DNA of 64,000 nucleotides from Dehalococcoidia bacterium (GTDB lineage Bacteria; Chloroflexota; Dehalococcoidia; Lucifugimonadales; UBA3495): the NCBI GenBank assembly GCA_965203985.1, contig CBDBDS010000012.1, forward strand, positions 211,907 through 275,906. Reading direction: 5' to 3'. The notes beneath the pieces were generated by a model, which worked only from the letters and a program-made list of their open reading frames with translations, was not told the DNA's origin and made no database searches. Of the stretch, positions 24,088 through 33,930 are shown in pieces. The translations under genes and the position numbers were made by a program. Positions within the stretch are counted from its first letter, which is position 1. Each line of letters opens with the position of its first letter.

Positions 24088-25335
24088 CTAGATTATTCCA
24101 TCCATCTGCAACGCGGCCAACTCTGCCGCAGTCAAGCCCAGCTCACCCTGGTACACCGCCATGTTGTCCGCCCCCAACGCCGGCGCCGGCCGGCGCCGCG
24201 CCGATACTTCCTCGCTGTGGAATATCCCCAGCGGATACTTGATCGTTCCGATTGACCCATCCTCGTGCTCAATGTCGTACCAGAACCCCGACTCCGCCAG
24301 CTGCGGGTCGGCCAGCAGGTCGGCAACCTCGTTCACCGGCAGGAAAACCAGGTTCCGCCGCTGACCCTCGTGGAACAACTCCTGCACCGTGAAGTTTTCC
24401 GCAAACTCCAGGAACAGCGCGGTGATGATGTCGATGTGCTCGGCCCGGTCCTGGTTCCCGCCCCGGTACGCCTCGTTGAGCACCTCGTCGTTACCGGTCA
24501 CCTCGTGGATCCATTCTGCCAGCGCGTCCCATTCCCGCGGCGTGATGACCCCGGCCGCAATCCAGCCGTCCTTGCACGGATACGCCCCCAGCGGGATGAC
24601 CAGCGTCGAGTTGGTGCCCACCCTAGTCACGTTCTGCCCCAGCTTTCGCCACAGCAGCGCCGGGTGCGCGTCCGTGTAGTAGGTGATCAGCGCCTCCTGC
24701 GACGACACGTCAATGTGCTGTCCCACGCCGCCGTCGGCGAAATCACGGTAATACAGCGCCGCCAGTATCCCCACCGCCGCGTACTGCGCTCCGGGATAGT
24801 GGCTGTGCTCGTTGCCCTGCCGCACCGGCGGTTCGTCCGGCTCGCCCGTGATCTGCATGTATCCGCTCGCCGCCATCACCACTAGGTCGTCGCCCGCGTA
24901 ATCCGCCCATTCGCCGGTGGATCCGAACGGCGTTACCGACGCCATCACCAGCCCCGGGTTGTCGGTCCTTAGGTCGTCGTATCCAATACCTCTGTCGGCG
25001 AGGTAGTGCCGGCCGTAGCTCTCGATGATCACATCGGCGTCCGCAGCCAGACGCCGGAACAGCCGTCGCCCCGCCTCGGTCTCCAAGTCTAGCGTGATTG
25101 ATCGCTTGTTGGTGTTGTAAAACAGGAAATCTAGGCTTTGCTCGGCGTCCGGCGTGTCCCCGGGATATGGCCCCAGCGTCCGCGAGCGGTCCCCCGATGG
25201 CGGCTCCACCTTCACCACGTCCGCGCCGTAGTCCGCCAGCAGCCGGCCGCAGAACGCCGCCCGTCGGTCGGTCAAATCCAGGACCCGGTAGGGAGGTATC
25301 AGGTGCTCGCCGGTATATTCGTCGAACCGAGGCAT
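24088..25335 (-). CDS. Family III CoA-transferase (CaiB/BaiF family)
   Basis: YRVLDLTDRRAAFCGRLLADYGADVVKVEPPSGD is a typical CaiB/BaiF N-terminus. It is a paralogue of 22126-23367. Confidence 0.85.
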   Translation of the reverse strand: MPRFDEYTGEHLIPPYRVLDLTDRRAAFCGRLLADYGADVVKVEPPSGDRSRTLGPYPGDTPDAEQSLDFLFYNTNKRSITLDLETEAGRRLFRRLAADADVIIESYGRHYLADRGIGYDDLRTDNPGLVMASVTPFGSTGEWADYAGDDLVVMAASGYMQITGEPDEPPVRQGNEHSHYPGAQYAAVGILAALYYRDFADGGVGQHIDVSSQEALITYYTDAHPALLWRKLGQNVTRVGTNSTLVIPLGAYPCKDGWIAAGVITPREWDALAEWIHEVTGNDEVLNEAYRGGNQDRAEHIDIITALFLEFAENFTVQELFHEGQRRNLVFLPVNEVADLLADPQLAESGFWYDIEHEDGSIGTIKYPLGIFHSEEVSARRRPAPALGADNMAVYQGELGLTAAELAALQMDGII

Positions 25336-25388
25336 GGGCTGTAGGTCTCCGTCTGCATAATGCTGGACCCCGCGGGCCGCGTCCCGCC

Positions 25389-25417
25389 AATTTATCGCCG
25401 CCCAATCCCGGTGTCAA
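25389..25417 (-). promoter_or_regulatory. Sigma-70-like promoter for the CoA-transferase operon
   Basis: On the minus strand: TTGACA - 17 nt - TAAATT, about 55 nt upstream of ATG 25335. Confidence 0.4.
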
Positions 25418-25485
25418 AAAGCGGACAGCGAATCTGCCCCCGCTATAATGTTCCCCACCCACATTCCTGAAGATTGAGAGCGCCC

Positions 25486-27228
25486 ATGAGCACGATGCAC
25501 CCCACCGATATCAACGCCGCCCTGGTCAACCTCGTCCGCAAGCGCAGCCCGGAACGCTGGCAGACCGTACCCATCGGCCTCACGCCCCTGTGGCGGCCAA
25601 TGCTGGCCCTGATCGACACTCGTTCCCTGCCATTCTCCGATGAAGACCACCGCCCGACGGTCCTGCTCGTCGCCGGCTTGCGGGGCGAATCCATGGACAC
25701 CCCGCGCATCCTCACGGCGCTCGATCTGTTCGCCCGTTCGTCGGCCGCCGGCTCCTCCGGCGTGGCCCTCAGCGCCCTGGCTGCCAGCAATCCCGATGCC
25801 CTCGCCGGTGGTGATTGGGAACCCACCGCTGGAGATCCGACCGACCTGACCCGGGGATTCCCGCCCGACGGCGGTTTTTACTCCGACGAGACCGGCCCGG
25901 AAAGCCGTTACCTGTGGCGGTGGGTTTGCTATCAGGCCCCGGACCTGCTCGTCGAAGTGGCGCTGTCTGACGACTCCGATCAGCAACCGCGTTGGGAGGC
26001 TAACGCCGTCGCTGCTGACAACCCGGTCACCTCGGCCCTGGGTGCCTCCCTGGTCCACGATGGCGACTCTCTGGTCGCCGCCCTCGGCCGCCCGTCCTCC
26101 GACAGTCCCGGCGTTATACCGGCCTTGCGCCTCACCACCCACTGGACCGGCCTCTCCGACGCCCTGCACTCCCTCTGGCGCGTAACTGGAAAGGACTCTA
26201 ACGTCCCACCATCGCCGGCCCGCCTTGCTCTCGACGCTCGCCGTCGCCGCACTCCCATCGAAATCGCGCGCATCCTGGCCGGCCGTTACGGTCACACCCT
26301 GGATCCGGTCAACTACACCCAGGGCGTCGGCATCAGTGGACGCCTCCGCCTCGCCGCCCTCGACGACGCGCTGCCCAACCCCACCGCCGACATTGCCGCG
26401 ATGATCGACCATATCGCAGCCGATCCGCCGGCCTACCTGTCCGATGCCGGCGGCGCGGCCCTGGCCGGCGTTGTCTGGGCCGCCCGTTTGGCCGATTACA
26501 CCGGGGACGAAAAATACCGCCGCCTCTTCTTCTATGCTGCTGACCGGTTCGTCGCCCGCGGCCCCGGCGAAGCCCCCGCTCCGTGCGACCCCGACTTCCG
26601 TGTCGAAGATATGTTCATGACCGGCGCCATGCTCGGCCGCGCCCACCGCATCTCCGGCGACGCCCGGTACGCCGACCTCCTGGCAACCTTCCTCCTCGAT
26701 GGCGGCGACGTTCAAGAGGCCAACGGCCTGTTCCGACACGCCCGTTCCGCGCCGTTCTACTGGAGCCGTGGCAACGGGTTCGCCGCCCTGGGGTATGCCG
26801 AAGCTCTGACCTACCTGCCGGACGACCATCCCGCCCGCGATACCCTCCTGCAGCGTCATCGCCGCCACCTGGACGCTCTGCTGCGCGTCCAGCAGCCCTG
26901 GGGCACCTTCGGCGAACTCGTCGACCTGCCCGGCGCGTGGGGCGAACTGACCTCCACCTCCATGATCGGGTACGCCCTGGCCCGGGGTCTTCGGCTCGGC
27001 TGGCTTCCCTCCGACGAGGCTGCCGGGTACACCGCCGGCCTGCAAGCCTGCTGGCGCGCCCTGTCCGAGCGTATCGACGAGATCGGCGGTGTTGTCGACG
27101 GCTGCATCAGCACCGGCGTCATGCCCGGCGCCCGAGCCTACCTGAACCGTACCGCCGTCAACGGCTACGACGACCGCACCGGCAGCCTGGCCCTGTGGTT
27201 CGCCTGCGAAATGGCCCGGCAGCCCTAG
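25486..27228 (+). CDS. GH88/GH105-like (unsaturated glucuronyl/rhamnogalacturonyl hydrolase family) domain protein with an N-terminal region of unknown function
   Basis: The C-terminal half (DMFMTGAMLGRA, FYWSRGNGFAALGYAEAL, TSTSMIGYAL, GYDDRTGSLALWF) resembles YteR/GH105. A TATAAT at 25444-25449 precedes ATG 25486. Confidence 0.6.
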   Translation: MSTMHPTDINAALVNLVRKRSPERWQTVPIGLTPLWRPMLALIDTRSLPFSDEDHRPTVLLVAGLRGESMDTPRILTALDLFARSSAAGSSGVALSALAASNPDALAGGDWEPTAGDPTDLTRGFPPDGGFYSDETGPESRYLWRWVCYQAPDLLVEVALSDDSDQQPRWEANAVAADNPVTSALGASLVHDGDSLVAALGRPSSDSPGVIPALRLTTHWTGLSDALHSLWRVTGKDSNVPPSPARLALDARRRRTPIEIARILAGRYGHTLDPVNYTQGVGISGRLRLAALDDALPNPTADIAAMIDHIAADPPAYLSDAGGAALAGVVWAARLADYTGDEKYRRLFFYAADRFVARGPGEAPAPCDPDFRVEDMFMTGAMLGRAHRISGDARYADLLATFLLDGGDVQEANGLFRHARSAPFYWSRGNGFAALGYAEALTYLPDDHPARDTLLQRHRRHLDALLRVQQPWGTFGELVDLPGAWGELTSTSMIGYALARGLRLGWLPSDEAAGYTAGLQACWRALSERIDEIGGVVDGCISTGVMPGARAYLNRTAVNGYDDRTGSLALWFACEMARQP

Positions 27229-27286
27229 CGAAAGCCCGTGCTAAAATCGCCCAACTGCCGCTCCAACAACGCGGAGGGAGGCCATC

Positions 27287-28726
27287 ATGCTGACCAGGTT
27301 GGAAGTCAACGGATTCAAAAACCTTGTGGATTTCTCCCTGGACTTCGGGCCGTACACCTGCATCGCGGGCCCGAATGGAGTCGGCAAATCCAACGTATTC
27401 GATGCCATCCGCTTCCTCTCTCTGCTCACGGAACACACCATAAACGATGCGGCGCTGCAAATCCGCAACGCCGGCGAGGAAACCGGCGATATCGCTGACT
27501 TGCTTTTTTACGGTTGCGGCGAAAGGACAGACCGGATGGAATTCGCCGCGGAGATGATAGTCAGCGAAAGCGTGCGCGATGATTTCGGTCGGGAAGCCAA
27601 AGCGTCTTCATCATTCCTGCGTTACGAAGTCGCCTTCCGCTACGAACCGCCGTCACCAACCGGCGGTCTTCTGGGCGGCTTGGCTCTGGAACGGGAAGAA
27701 TTGCGGCCCATCATCACCGGACATGCGGCCCGGCATCTGAAATTCCCCCACAGCAAGAGCAAGTTTCGCGATAGCGTGGTATACAACAACCGCCACGCCC
27801 GCAGCGGATTCATATCCACCCAAATCGATCCGGAAACCGAACAGGCCGCCATTGTGGTGCACCAGGACGGGGGCTCCCACGGGCGAGGTCGGCCATCTCC
27901 GGCGCGAGGGGCAACGCGCACTATCATCGGCACCGAAAATACCTCCGCCACTCCGACGATACTGGCGGCCCGCCGGGAAATGCAGAGCTGGCGTGTCCTG
28001 GCCCTCGACCCGGCTGCCATGCGCCGCCCCGACCGTTACACGCAGCCCCCTGGCATCGCTGCCAACGGGGCGCACATAGCGGCGACTCTGCAACACCTGA
28101 CGAATGTTGCCGAGGAATCCGGGGAACGTCCCGATGTCGTCCTCCAGATGGTATCCATCATTTTGTCGGAACTCGTTCCCGTCTACATGGTCAAAGTAGT
28201 CAAGGATGACGTGCGGCAACTCCTGTCGTTGCAGGTGGAAGAACAATCGGGAATCAAACTCCGCGCCAACTCCATCTCCGACGGCACGCTGCGATTCCTG
28301 GCATTGGCGACGATGACCGAAGTGGTTGACGAAAGTGCAGTGATTTGCATCGAAGAGCCGGAGAATGGCATTCATCCGGCTAAGATGGAAGCCATACATC
28401 GCCTGTTGGATGACCTGGCGGTCAACCCGCATGAACCTGTTGACACTGAAAACCCAATGCGACAGGTAATAGTCGCAACCCACTCACCCTACTTCGTGCA
28501 GCTACAAAACAAAGAAGACTTGGTACTGGCGAAACCACGCATGGCTCGCTCCAGGTCAGGAGCGCTGGTAGAGCATCTGGTGCAGTGTCAACCCTACCAC
28601 GGAACTTGGCGCTGTTCCAATGAACGAGAAGGAATGAACCTGCTTTCGCTGCAATCTTACCTGATGCCTCCGAAAACGGCGCAAATCGCTTTCCCAAGGG
28701 AGTTCTGGGAATCGGTATGGCGATGA
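27287..28726 (+). CDS. ABC/OLD-type AAA ATPase (AAA_15/AAA_21-like)
   Basis: MLTRLEVNGFKNL...IAGPNGVGKSN (Walker A), SDGTLRFLAL (signature-like), VICIEEPENGIHP (Walker B/D-loop) and VATHSP (H-loop). Confidence 0.8.
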   Translation: MLTRLEVNGFKNLVDFSLDFGPYTCIAGPNGVGKSNVFDAIRFLSLLTEHTINDAALQIRNAGEETGDIADLLFYGCGERTDRMEFAAEMIVSESVRDDFGREAKASSSFLRYEVAFRYEPPSPTGGLLGGLALEREELRPIITGHAARHLKFPHSKSKFRDSVVYNNRHARSGFISTQIDPETEQAAIVVHQDGGSHGRGRPSPARGATRTIIGTENTSATPTILAARREMQSWRVLALDPAAMRRPDRYTQPPGIAANGAHIAATLQHLTNVAEESGERPDVVLQMVSIILSELVPVYMVKVVKDDVRQLLSLQVEEQSGIKLRANSISDGTLRFLALATMTEVVDESAVICIEEPENGIHPAKMEAIHRLLDDLAVNPHEPVDTENPMRQVIVATHSPYFVQLQNKEDLVLAKPRMARSRSGALVEHLVQCQPYHGTWRCSNEREGMNLLSLQSYLMPPKTAQIAFPREFWESVWR

Positions 28727-28958
28727 GGTTTCTCCTGGTATGTGAAGGCAATTCCGATGCCCCGCTTGCGTTTCACATACAGCGGTTATTCGAAAGTTGC
28801 GGCTACCCTCGGCCGGACTTCGACGTCTCCCACGAAGGCCGTCTGTTGGTGGACAAGATATTCGGCGGCCTCGCTATGGCGCCTCAGTATGATGTCTTGT
28901 TCATACATCGTGACGCTGACAGTGCCGTCGCATCCTACAGATACCACGAAATCACTGA

Positions 28959-29840
28959 GAGGGTGTGTGACAAATGGGTTCAGGTGGGTTGAAGCCGTTT
29001 GAGCATCAGGTTGACCATGGCGATATGCACCCAGGCTTCGCTGCTCTCGGTCCGTTCCTCATAGTCCTTGCTCAACCGTCGACATCGGCTCAGCCAGGCC
29101 AAAGTACGCTCCACTACCCACCGTCGGGGCAGCACTTCGAAGTGGTGGCTATCCGGTTTGCGTTTGACCACGGTGAGCAGCCAGCCGCCGGTGGCCCAGG
29201 CCCACGTCACCAGCCGGCCAGCGTAACCAGCGTCCGCCCAGATCAGCTGCAATCGGGGGAACCGGCCCAGCAACTTGGCCAACACCAACTTGGCGCCGTC
29301 TCTATCCTGAATGTTGGCAGCATGAACCACCACCGCCAGCAGCAACCCCATGGTATCCACCACGATGTGCCGTTTGCGTCCGGTTACCCGTTTGCCAGCG
29401 TCGTAACCCCTGGGCCCCCTTTTTCCGTGGTCTTCACCGACTGGCTGTCAATGATCGCCGCACTGGGAGTGGCCTCTCGTCCCGCCGCTTCCCGAACCCG
29501 GCCCCGCAGGGCTTCCTCCACCCGTTCCCACGTCCCGTCATCCCGCCACTTTCGAAAGTACCACCACACCGTGCCCCAAGGCGGCAGGTCATGGGGCATC
29601 ATCCGCCAGGGTATCCCGCCACGCAGCACGTACAGGACGCCGTTGACCACCTCACGCAGGTCCGTGGTTCTGGGATGGCCCCGAACGGTGTCCGGCGGCA
29701 ACAGCGGAGATAGTTCCTCCCACTGGGCATCGTTCAAATCACTGGGATAAGGCTTTCTGCTCATGCCACCAGCGTAACCAGCTTCCCATTCTCACCCCAA
29801 GAACCGCACGCGCTAGTTTAGCCCATTGTCACACACCCTC
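28959..29840 (-). mobile_element. IS5-family (IS427-group-like) insertion sequence, 882 bp
   Basis: Terminal inverted repeats GAGGGTGTGTGACAA(A)TGGG / CCCATTGTCACACACCCTC are flanked by the 3-bp direct repeat TGA (28956-58 and 29841-43). It encodes a two-frame DDE transposase. Confidence 0.85.
28980..29764 (-). CDS. IS5/IS427-type DDE transposase OrfAB (programmed -1 frameshift predicted)
   Basis: OrfA (...[11 protein letters not shown]...[27 protein letters not shown]) and OrfB (...[29 protein letters not shown]...ADAGYAG) are joined by a shift at the slippery GAAAAAGGGGG (about 29415-29425). The shifted frame reads [14 protein letters not shown]. Confidence 0.8.
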
Positions 29841-30228
29841 TGAGGCGGTTCAGCGAGCAGGATACGATGGTCCCTGGGTAGGCATAGTGCCCGTCCGCAT
29901 GACGGAAAGCTGGTTACTTCTGGATGAGGCTGCCATCCGGAACGCCGTCGGCAACCCAAACGGGCGCGTACGGCTGGACTTGCCGTCGCCCACAGAAGCG
30001 GAACGCATGGCCGATCCCAAATCCGCGCTCCGGTCGGCCATAATAATCGGCGCGGAAGTGCAAGGCAGAAGGCGGAGAGCGTTAACGAAAAGACTGTCAA
30101 ATATGCGTGACCAGATTCTTGAAACCCTCACCGTCGGCGGGCCTCTCGAACGGCTGGAATCCTGGACCCGGTTTCGCGATGACACCGTCGTCGCGCTCAG
30201 CCAGATCTTGGGTTAGGGCCTTTCCGCC

Positions 30229-31542
30229 ATGCACGTCCTGATCGCCTACATATCCCGGCGCGTCCCCTTCTACTACGGGTGGATCGTTCTGGGAACCGCC
30301 GGCAGCAGCATGTTCGTCCGCAACGCGGCTGGCAGTTTGACCTTCGCCGTCTTCGTGCCCCTCATCGCGGACGAGACCGGATGGAGTCGAGCCCTCATCG
30401 GTGGAGCCGCTGCTGTCGGCGGACTACTGGCCACCGGAGCATCGCCACCCGTGGGCTGGGCCATCGACCGCTACGGCGCGCGAGCCGTGTTGGTGTCCTC
30501 TTTGATCATCATCGGCCTCAGTACGATGACCATGGCGTGGCTTTCCGTCCACATCGCCATCTTCTACTCGGCTTTGGCCGTTGGCCGCATCATGTTCAGC
30601 AGCCCGCTCAACGTGGGCGCGGCCACCGTCGTCGGCCGTTGGTTCGTCCGTCAGCGCGGCCGCGCCACCGGGCTGTTGTTCCTGTCCCATTCCGGTGGCA
30701 TGGTGGCGTTCCCGCTGGTGGCCACGTGGGTCAGCGTTGCCTACGGATGGCAGGTTGCCTGGATCGTCCTCGGCTTGATGGTGTACGCCATTGCATTGGC
30801 GCCCGCCGCCCTGCTGGTGGCCCAACGTCCCGAGGATGTCGGTCTCCTTCCCGATGGCGACCCACCCGACCCAGCCGACCCGTCCGACTCGCCTATTGCT
30901 GCCACCACTGAATCCGAATCCGCCCTGGAGTGGACCACCAGGCAGGCCCTGCGCACGCCGGCGTTGTGGGTACTGGCCATCGGAACCGGCTTCCTCTTCC
31001 TGTTGCAGTCCGGAACCAACGTGTACCAGGCCGACTTGCTGCGTTCCCGTGGCATCGACCTCTCCCTCTCTCAGCTCAGTATCGTGGTGAACGCTGCCGG
31101 AACCGCGTTTGGCAGCCTCCTGTGGGGACGCCTGGTCGAGAAGATGCGGGTTTCGTACACCTACGCCATCGTTGCCGTGATCATGGCCGTGGCCTGTGGG
31201 TTGTTCGTCGTGGCAGACACCGTCGCGCTGGCTTTCTTCGCCGCCGGTCTGTTCGGGCTCGCCGTCGCCGGAATCCTGGTGGTCCCAGCGGTAGCCTACG
31301 CCAACTTCTTCGGCCGCCAATCCCTTGGCACCATCCGCGGCGTGACCGAGCCCTTCACCTCCCTGGGCCAGGCTATAGGCGCGGTGGCGTCCGGGCTGGT
31401 TTTCCAGCTCGCCGGGCGCTACGAGATCGCTTTTGTCATCTACGCGGTCCTGGGCGCGATCACCGCCCTGGCCCTGCTCCTCGCCCGGCCGCCGGTACAT
31501 CCCGAGGGGTCATCTGCTTTGGCTCCGGAAACCGCCGACTAG
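30229..31542 (+). CDS. MFS transporter
   Basis: About 12 predicted TM helices. The DRYGAR motif in loop 2-3 is typical of MFS. Confidence 0.8.
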   Translation: MHVLIAYISRRVPFYYGWIVLGTAGSSMFVRNAAGSLTFAVFVPLIADETGWSRALIGGAAAVGGLLATGASPPVGWAIDRYGARAVLVSSLIIIGLSTMTMAWLSVHIAIFYSALAVGRIMFSSPLNVGAATVVGRWFVRQRGRATGLLFLSHSGGMVAFPLVATWVSVAYGWQVAWIVLGLMVYAIALAPAALLVAQRPEDVGLLPDGDPPDPADPSDSPIAATTESESALEWTTRQALRTPALWVLAIGTGFLFLLQSGTNVYQADLLRSRGIDLSLSQLSIVVNAAGTAFGSLLWGRLVEKMRVSYTYAIVAVIMAVACGLFVVADTVALAFFAAGLFGLAVAGILVVPAVAYANFFGRQSLGTIRGVTEPFTSLGQAIGAVASGLVFQLAGRYEIAFVIYAVLGAITALALLLARPPVHPEGSSALAPETAD

Positions 31543-32378
31543 CCCTCCAGGCCCACCCGCCTCAGCAGCAAAGCGTCTGACGACATGATCTCGTCCACCC
31601 GCGCCGGGATGTTCTCGAAAGTGTCCAGCGCCGCGCGTATGAGCCGACCGGACAGTTCTCCGCACGTATCGCTGCCCAACAGCACCGCCAGTTCCGCCGC
31701 CCTTTCAATCGATGCTCCGCCGCCCGACGTAACCTGCACGCCCTTCTCGTACATCTCCAGATCGCCGGCGGCCAAGGCCATGTCCCGGACCTCTTCCCAC
31801 ATTCGCGTGTGAATCGAGCCGGGACTGATGGCGTTCACCGTCACTCCCGTGCCGGTCAGTTCAACGCTCAGGTTCTCCGTCATGTTGACGATGGCGGTCT
31901 TGGCTGCATCGTACGATGTGTCGTTTGGCCCTCCAACTCCGGACATGTTGACGATACGACCGCTCCCCCGTTCCAGCATCGCCGGTATCACCGCTCGGCA
32001 GCCGTAATACGTACCCAGCACGTGCACCGAAATGACGTTAGCCCACCGATCGGGATCCAGTTTCCACAACGGGCCGATCTCGCCCGTGTTCCCGGCGTTG
32101 TTCACCATTACATCGATGGTCCCGAATCGGTCCAACGTGAGTGACACGGCGTTCTCCACCTGCGCTCGATCCCGCACATCCGTGATTACGGTGGCGACCT
32201 CGCTGCCAAACTCAGATCGTAGTGTCTCGGCGGTCGACTGCAATTCGTCGTCAGTCCTGGCGGCCAACGCCAGAGACGCCCCCTCGGCCGCGTAAGCCCG
32301 CGCGATTGCCCGTCCGATGCCCCGTCCGCCTCCGGTGATCAGGGCTACTTTTCCACGCATTCGTTCCCCGTCAGCCAT
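31539..32378 (-). CDS. SDR family oxidoreductase
   Basis: ALITGGGRGIGRAIA cofactor motif, NNAG, and the catalytic SYDAAKTA (YxxxK). Confidence 0.85.
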   Translation of the reverse strand: MADGERMRGKVALITGGGRGIGRAIARAYAAEGASLALAARTDDELQSTAETLRSEFGSEVATVITDVRDRAQVENAVSLTLDRFGTIDVMVNNAGNTGEIGPLWKLDPDRWANVISVHVLGTYYGCRAVIPAMLERGSGRIVNMSGVGGPNDTSYDAAKTAIVNMTENLSVELTGTGVTVNAISPGSIHTRMWEEVRDMALAAGDLEMYEKGVQVTSGGGASIERAAELAVLLGSDTCGELSGRLIRAALDTFENIPARVDEIMSSDALLLRRVGLEG

Positions 32379-32458
32379 TGGATCCTCTCCTTGCCAATCC
32401 GAATGTCACCACGGTGATGGTACAATTCCGGCACATACTACACGATGGGAGTACGCCC

Positions 32459-33046
32459 ATGAGCGACGCATCCCAGGCAGCGGTGCCAACCGTCTCGTTC
32501 ACCACCATGGCTGCCGGAACCCGCGAGGACTACGAACTGCTGGAACGTCTGGAAGCCCAGTTCGCCTCCAGCACCGCCGACCGTGTGCTGGAGCAACTGA
32601 AAGGTCTGGCCGGTTCCCTTGCCGGCTACAAGGTTGACCGTTTGGAGCATTCCTTGCAATCGGCCACCCGGGCGTATCGGGATGGCGCGGAAGAAGAGAT
32701 GGTCGTCGCCGCGCTGCTGCACGACATCGGCGATCTGCTGGCTCCGCACAACCATAGCGAAATGGCGGCGGCGGTACTCCGGCCCTACGTTTCCGAGCGA
32801 ACCTACTGGGTCGTCCGCCAACATGGCCTGTTTCAAAGTTATTACTACGCCCATCACATGGGCGGCGACCGCAACGCGCGCGACCGCTATATCGACCACC
32901 CGTGGTATCAGGACGCGGTGGATTTCTGCCATCGTTGGGATCAGTCGTCCTTCGACCCCGAGTACGACTCCCTGCCATTGGAATTGTTCGAGCCAATGGT
33001 TCGTCGGGTGTTCGCCCGTGAACCCTTCAGCGCCGGGAGGGAATAG
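32459..33046 (+). CDS. HD-domain protein (PhnZ/inositol-oxygenase-like HD oxygenase/phosphohydrolase class)
   Basis: H...HD metal motif (LEHSLQSA ... AALLHDIGD), further His ligands, and the C-terminal WDQSSFDP. ATG 32459 has a GGGAG RBS. Confidence 0.65.
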   Translation: MSDASQAAVPTVSFTTMAAGTREDYELLERLEAQFASSTADRVLEQLKGLAGSLAGYKVDRLEHSLQSATRAYRDGAEEEMVVAALLHDIGDLLAPHNHSEMAAAVLRPYVSERTYWVVRQHGLFQSYYYAHHMGGDRNARDRYIDHPWYQDAVDFCHRWDQSSFDPEYDSLPLELFEPMVRRVFAREPFSAGRE

Positions 33047-33048
33047 CC

Positions 33049-33897
33049 ATGAGCCTGGAAGGTAAAGTCGCTTTGATTACCGGCGCCGGCGGGATGCGCG
33101 GTGTCGGCCGCGCCACCGCTCTGAAATTGGCGTCCCAGGGCGCCCACGTCGCCATCACCGACGTGCGCCGGCCCGCGGAAGATCTGCCCCCCGGTGAGGT
33201 CCGCGCGGAGTGGCAGTCCATCGACAGCGTTGCCGAAGAGGTCCGCGCCCGGGGCAGTCAGGCCCTGCCCGTTTATGCGGACCTGTCCAACTCTGATGAG
33301 ATTGAAGGGCTGGTGGCCGAGACCGTAAACCACTATGGCCGCCTGGACATCCTCGTCAACAATGCCCGCGCCATCATCGGTCGGGACAAGGTTCCAGTCA
33401 CCGAATTGGACGAGGACGTATGGCAGCATTTCCTCACTATCAACACCACTGCGGTTTTCCTGTGCACCAAGTACGCCGGTCGCGAGATGGTCCGCCTGGG
33501 CAACGGCGGGCGCGTGGTAAACATCGCCAGCAACGCCGGCAAACAGGCCAGCGCCGATGGAGCCGCCTATTCAGCCAGCAAGTTCGCCGTGATTGGTTTG
33601 ACCCAGGCCTCGGCCATGGATCTCGCTCCCCACGGCATCACCGTCAACGCCGTCTGCCCGGGACCCATCAACACCGACCGCATGAGTTACTGGGAACGCG
33701 ATCAGGCGGCTGAACGAGGGTTGACCCAGGAAGAGTTTCGCGCCCAGGTGGTCGCCTCATCTGCCGACCGTACGCCGCTGGGCCGTATCGCCGAAGCGGA
33801 AGACGTTGCCAACTTGGTGGCGTTCCTGGCCGGACCTGATTCGAGCCTGATCACCGGCCAGTCCTACAACGTCAACGGCGGCATACTGTTTCACTGA
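33049..33897 (+). CDS. SDR family oxidoreductase (FabG-like)
   Basis: ALITGAGGMRGVGRA, NNAR and AYSASKFAV (YxxxK). Confidence 0.85.
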   Translation: MSLEGKVALITGAGGMRGVGRATALKLASQGAHVAITDVRRPAEDLPPGEVRAEWQSIDSVAEEVRARGSQALPVYADLSNSDEIEGLVAETVNHYGRLDILVNNARAIIGRDKVPVTELDEDVWQHFLTINTTAVFLCTKYAGREMVRLGNGGRVVNIASNAGKQASADGAAYSASKFAVIGLTQASAMDLAPHGITVNAVCPGPINTDRMSYWERDQAAERGLTQEEFRAQVVASSADRTPLGRIAEAEDVANLVAFLAGPDSSLITGQSYNVNGGILFH

Positions 33898-33930
33898 TCC
33901 GCCTCCACGCGATTTTCGAGGTTTAGTCCC

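Larger units (their letters stand above)
28717..30216 (+). pseudogene. DUF4276-like gene interrupted by an IS element
   Basis: The N-terminal piece (MAMRFLLVCEGNSD...YHEITE) ends at the IS boundary. Removing 28959-29843 joins it in frame to ...AVQRAGYDGPWVGIVPVRMTESWLLLDEAAI..., giving a ~204-aa ORF. The start overlaps the ATPase stop by 10 nt. Confidence 0.7.

Noticed and set aside
25486-26200. The N-terminal region of the GH105-like protein, considered as an M14/AstE-type zinc peptidase domain (VLLVAGLRGES).
   Set aside because: The expected H-x-x-E zinc motif is not present (Arg replaces His and the spacing is wrong), and the similarity is too weak to call by eye.
25414-27045. Very long ORFs antisense to confidently assigned genes. 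Examples: 25414-27045(-) 543 aa, 34887-35981(-), 44974-46044(+), 10050-11186(+), 8099-9157(+), 30424-31500(-), 13337-14248(-), 20263-21135(-).
   Set aside because: These are typical high-GC shadow ORFs. Their products are Arg/Gly/Ala/Pro/His-rich low-complexity sequences with no recognisable motifs. The opposite strand encodes proteins with clear family signatures and a GC3 bias.
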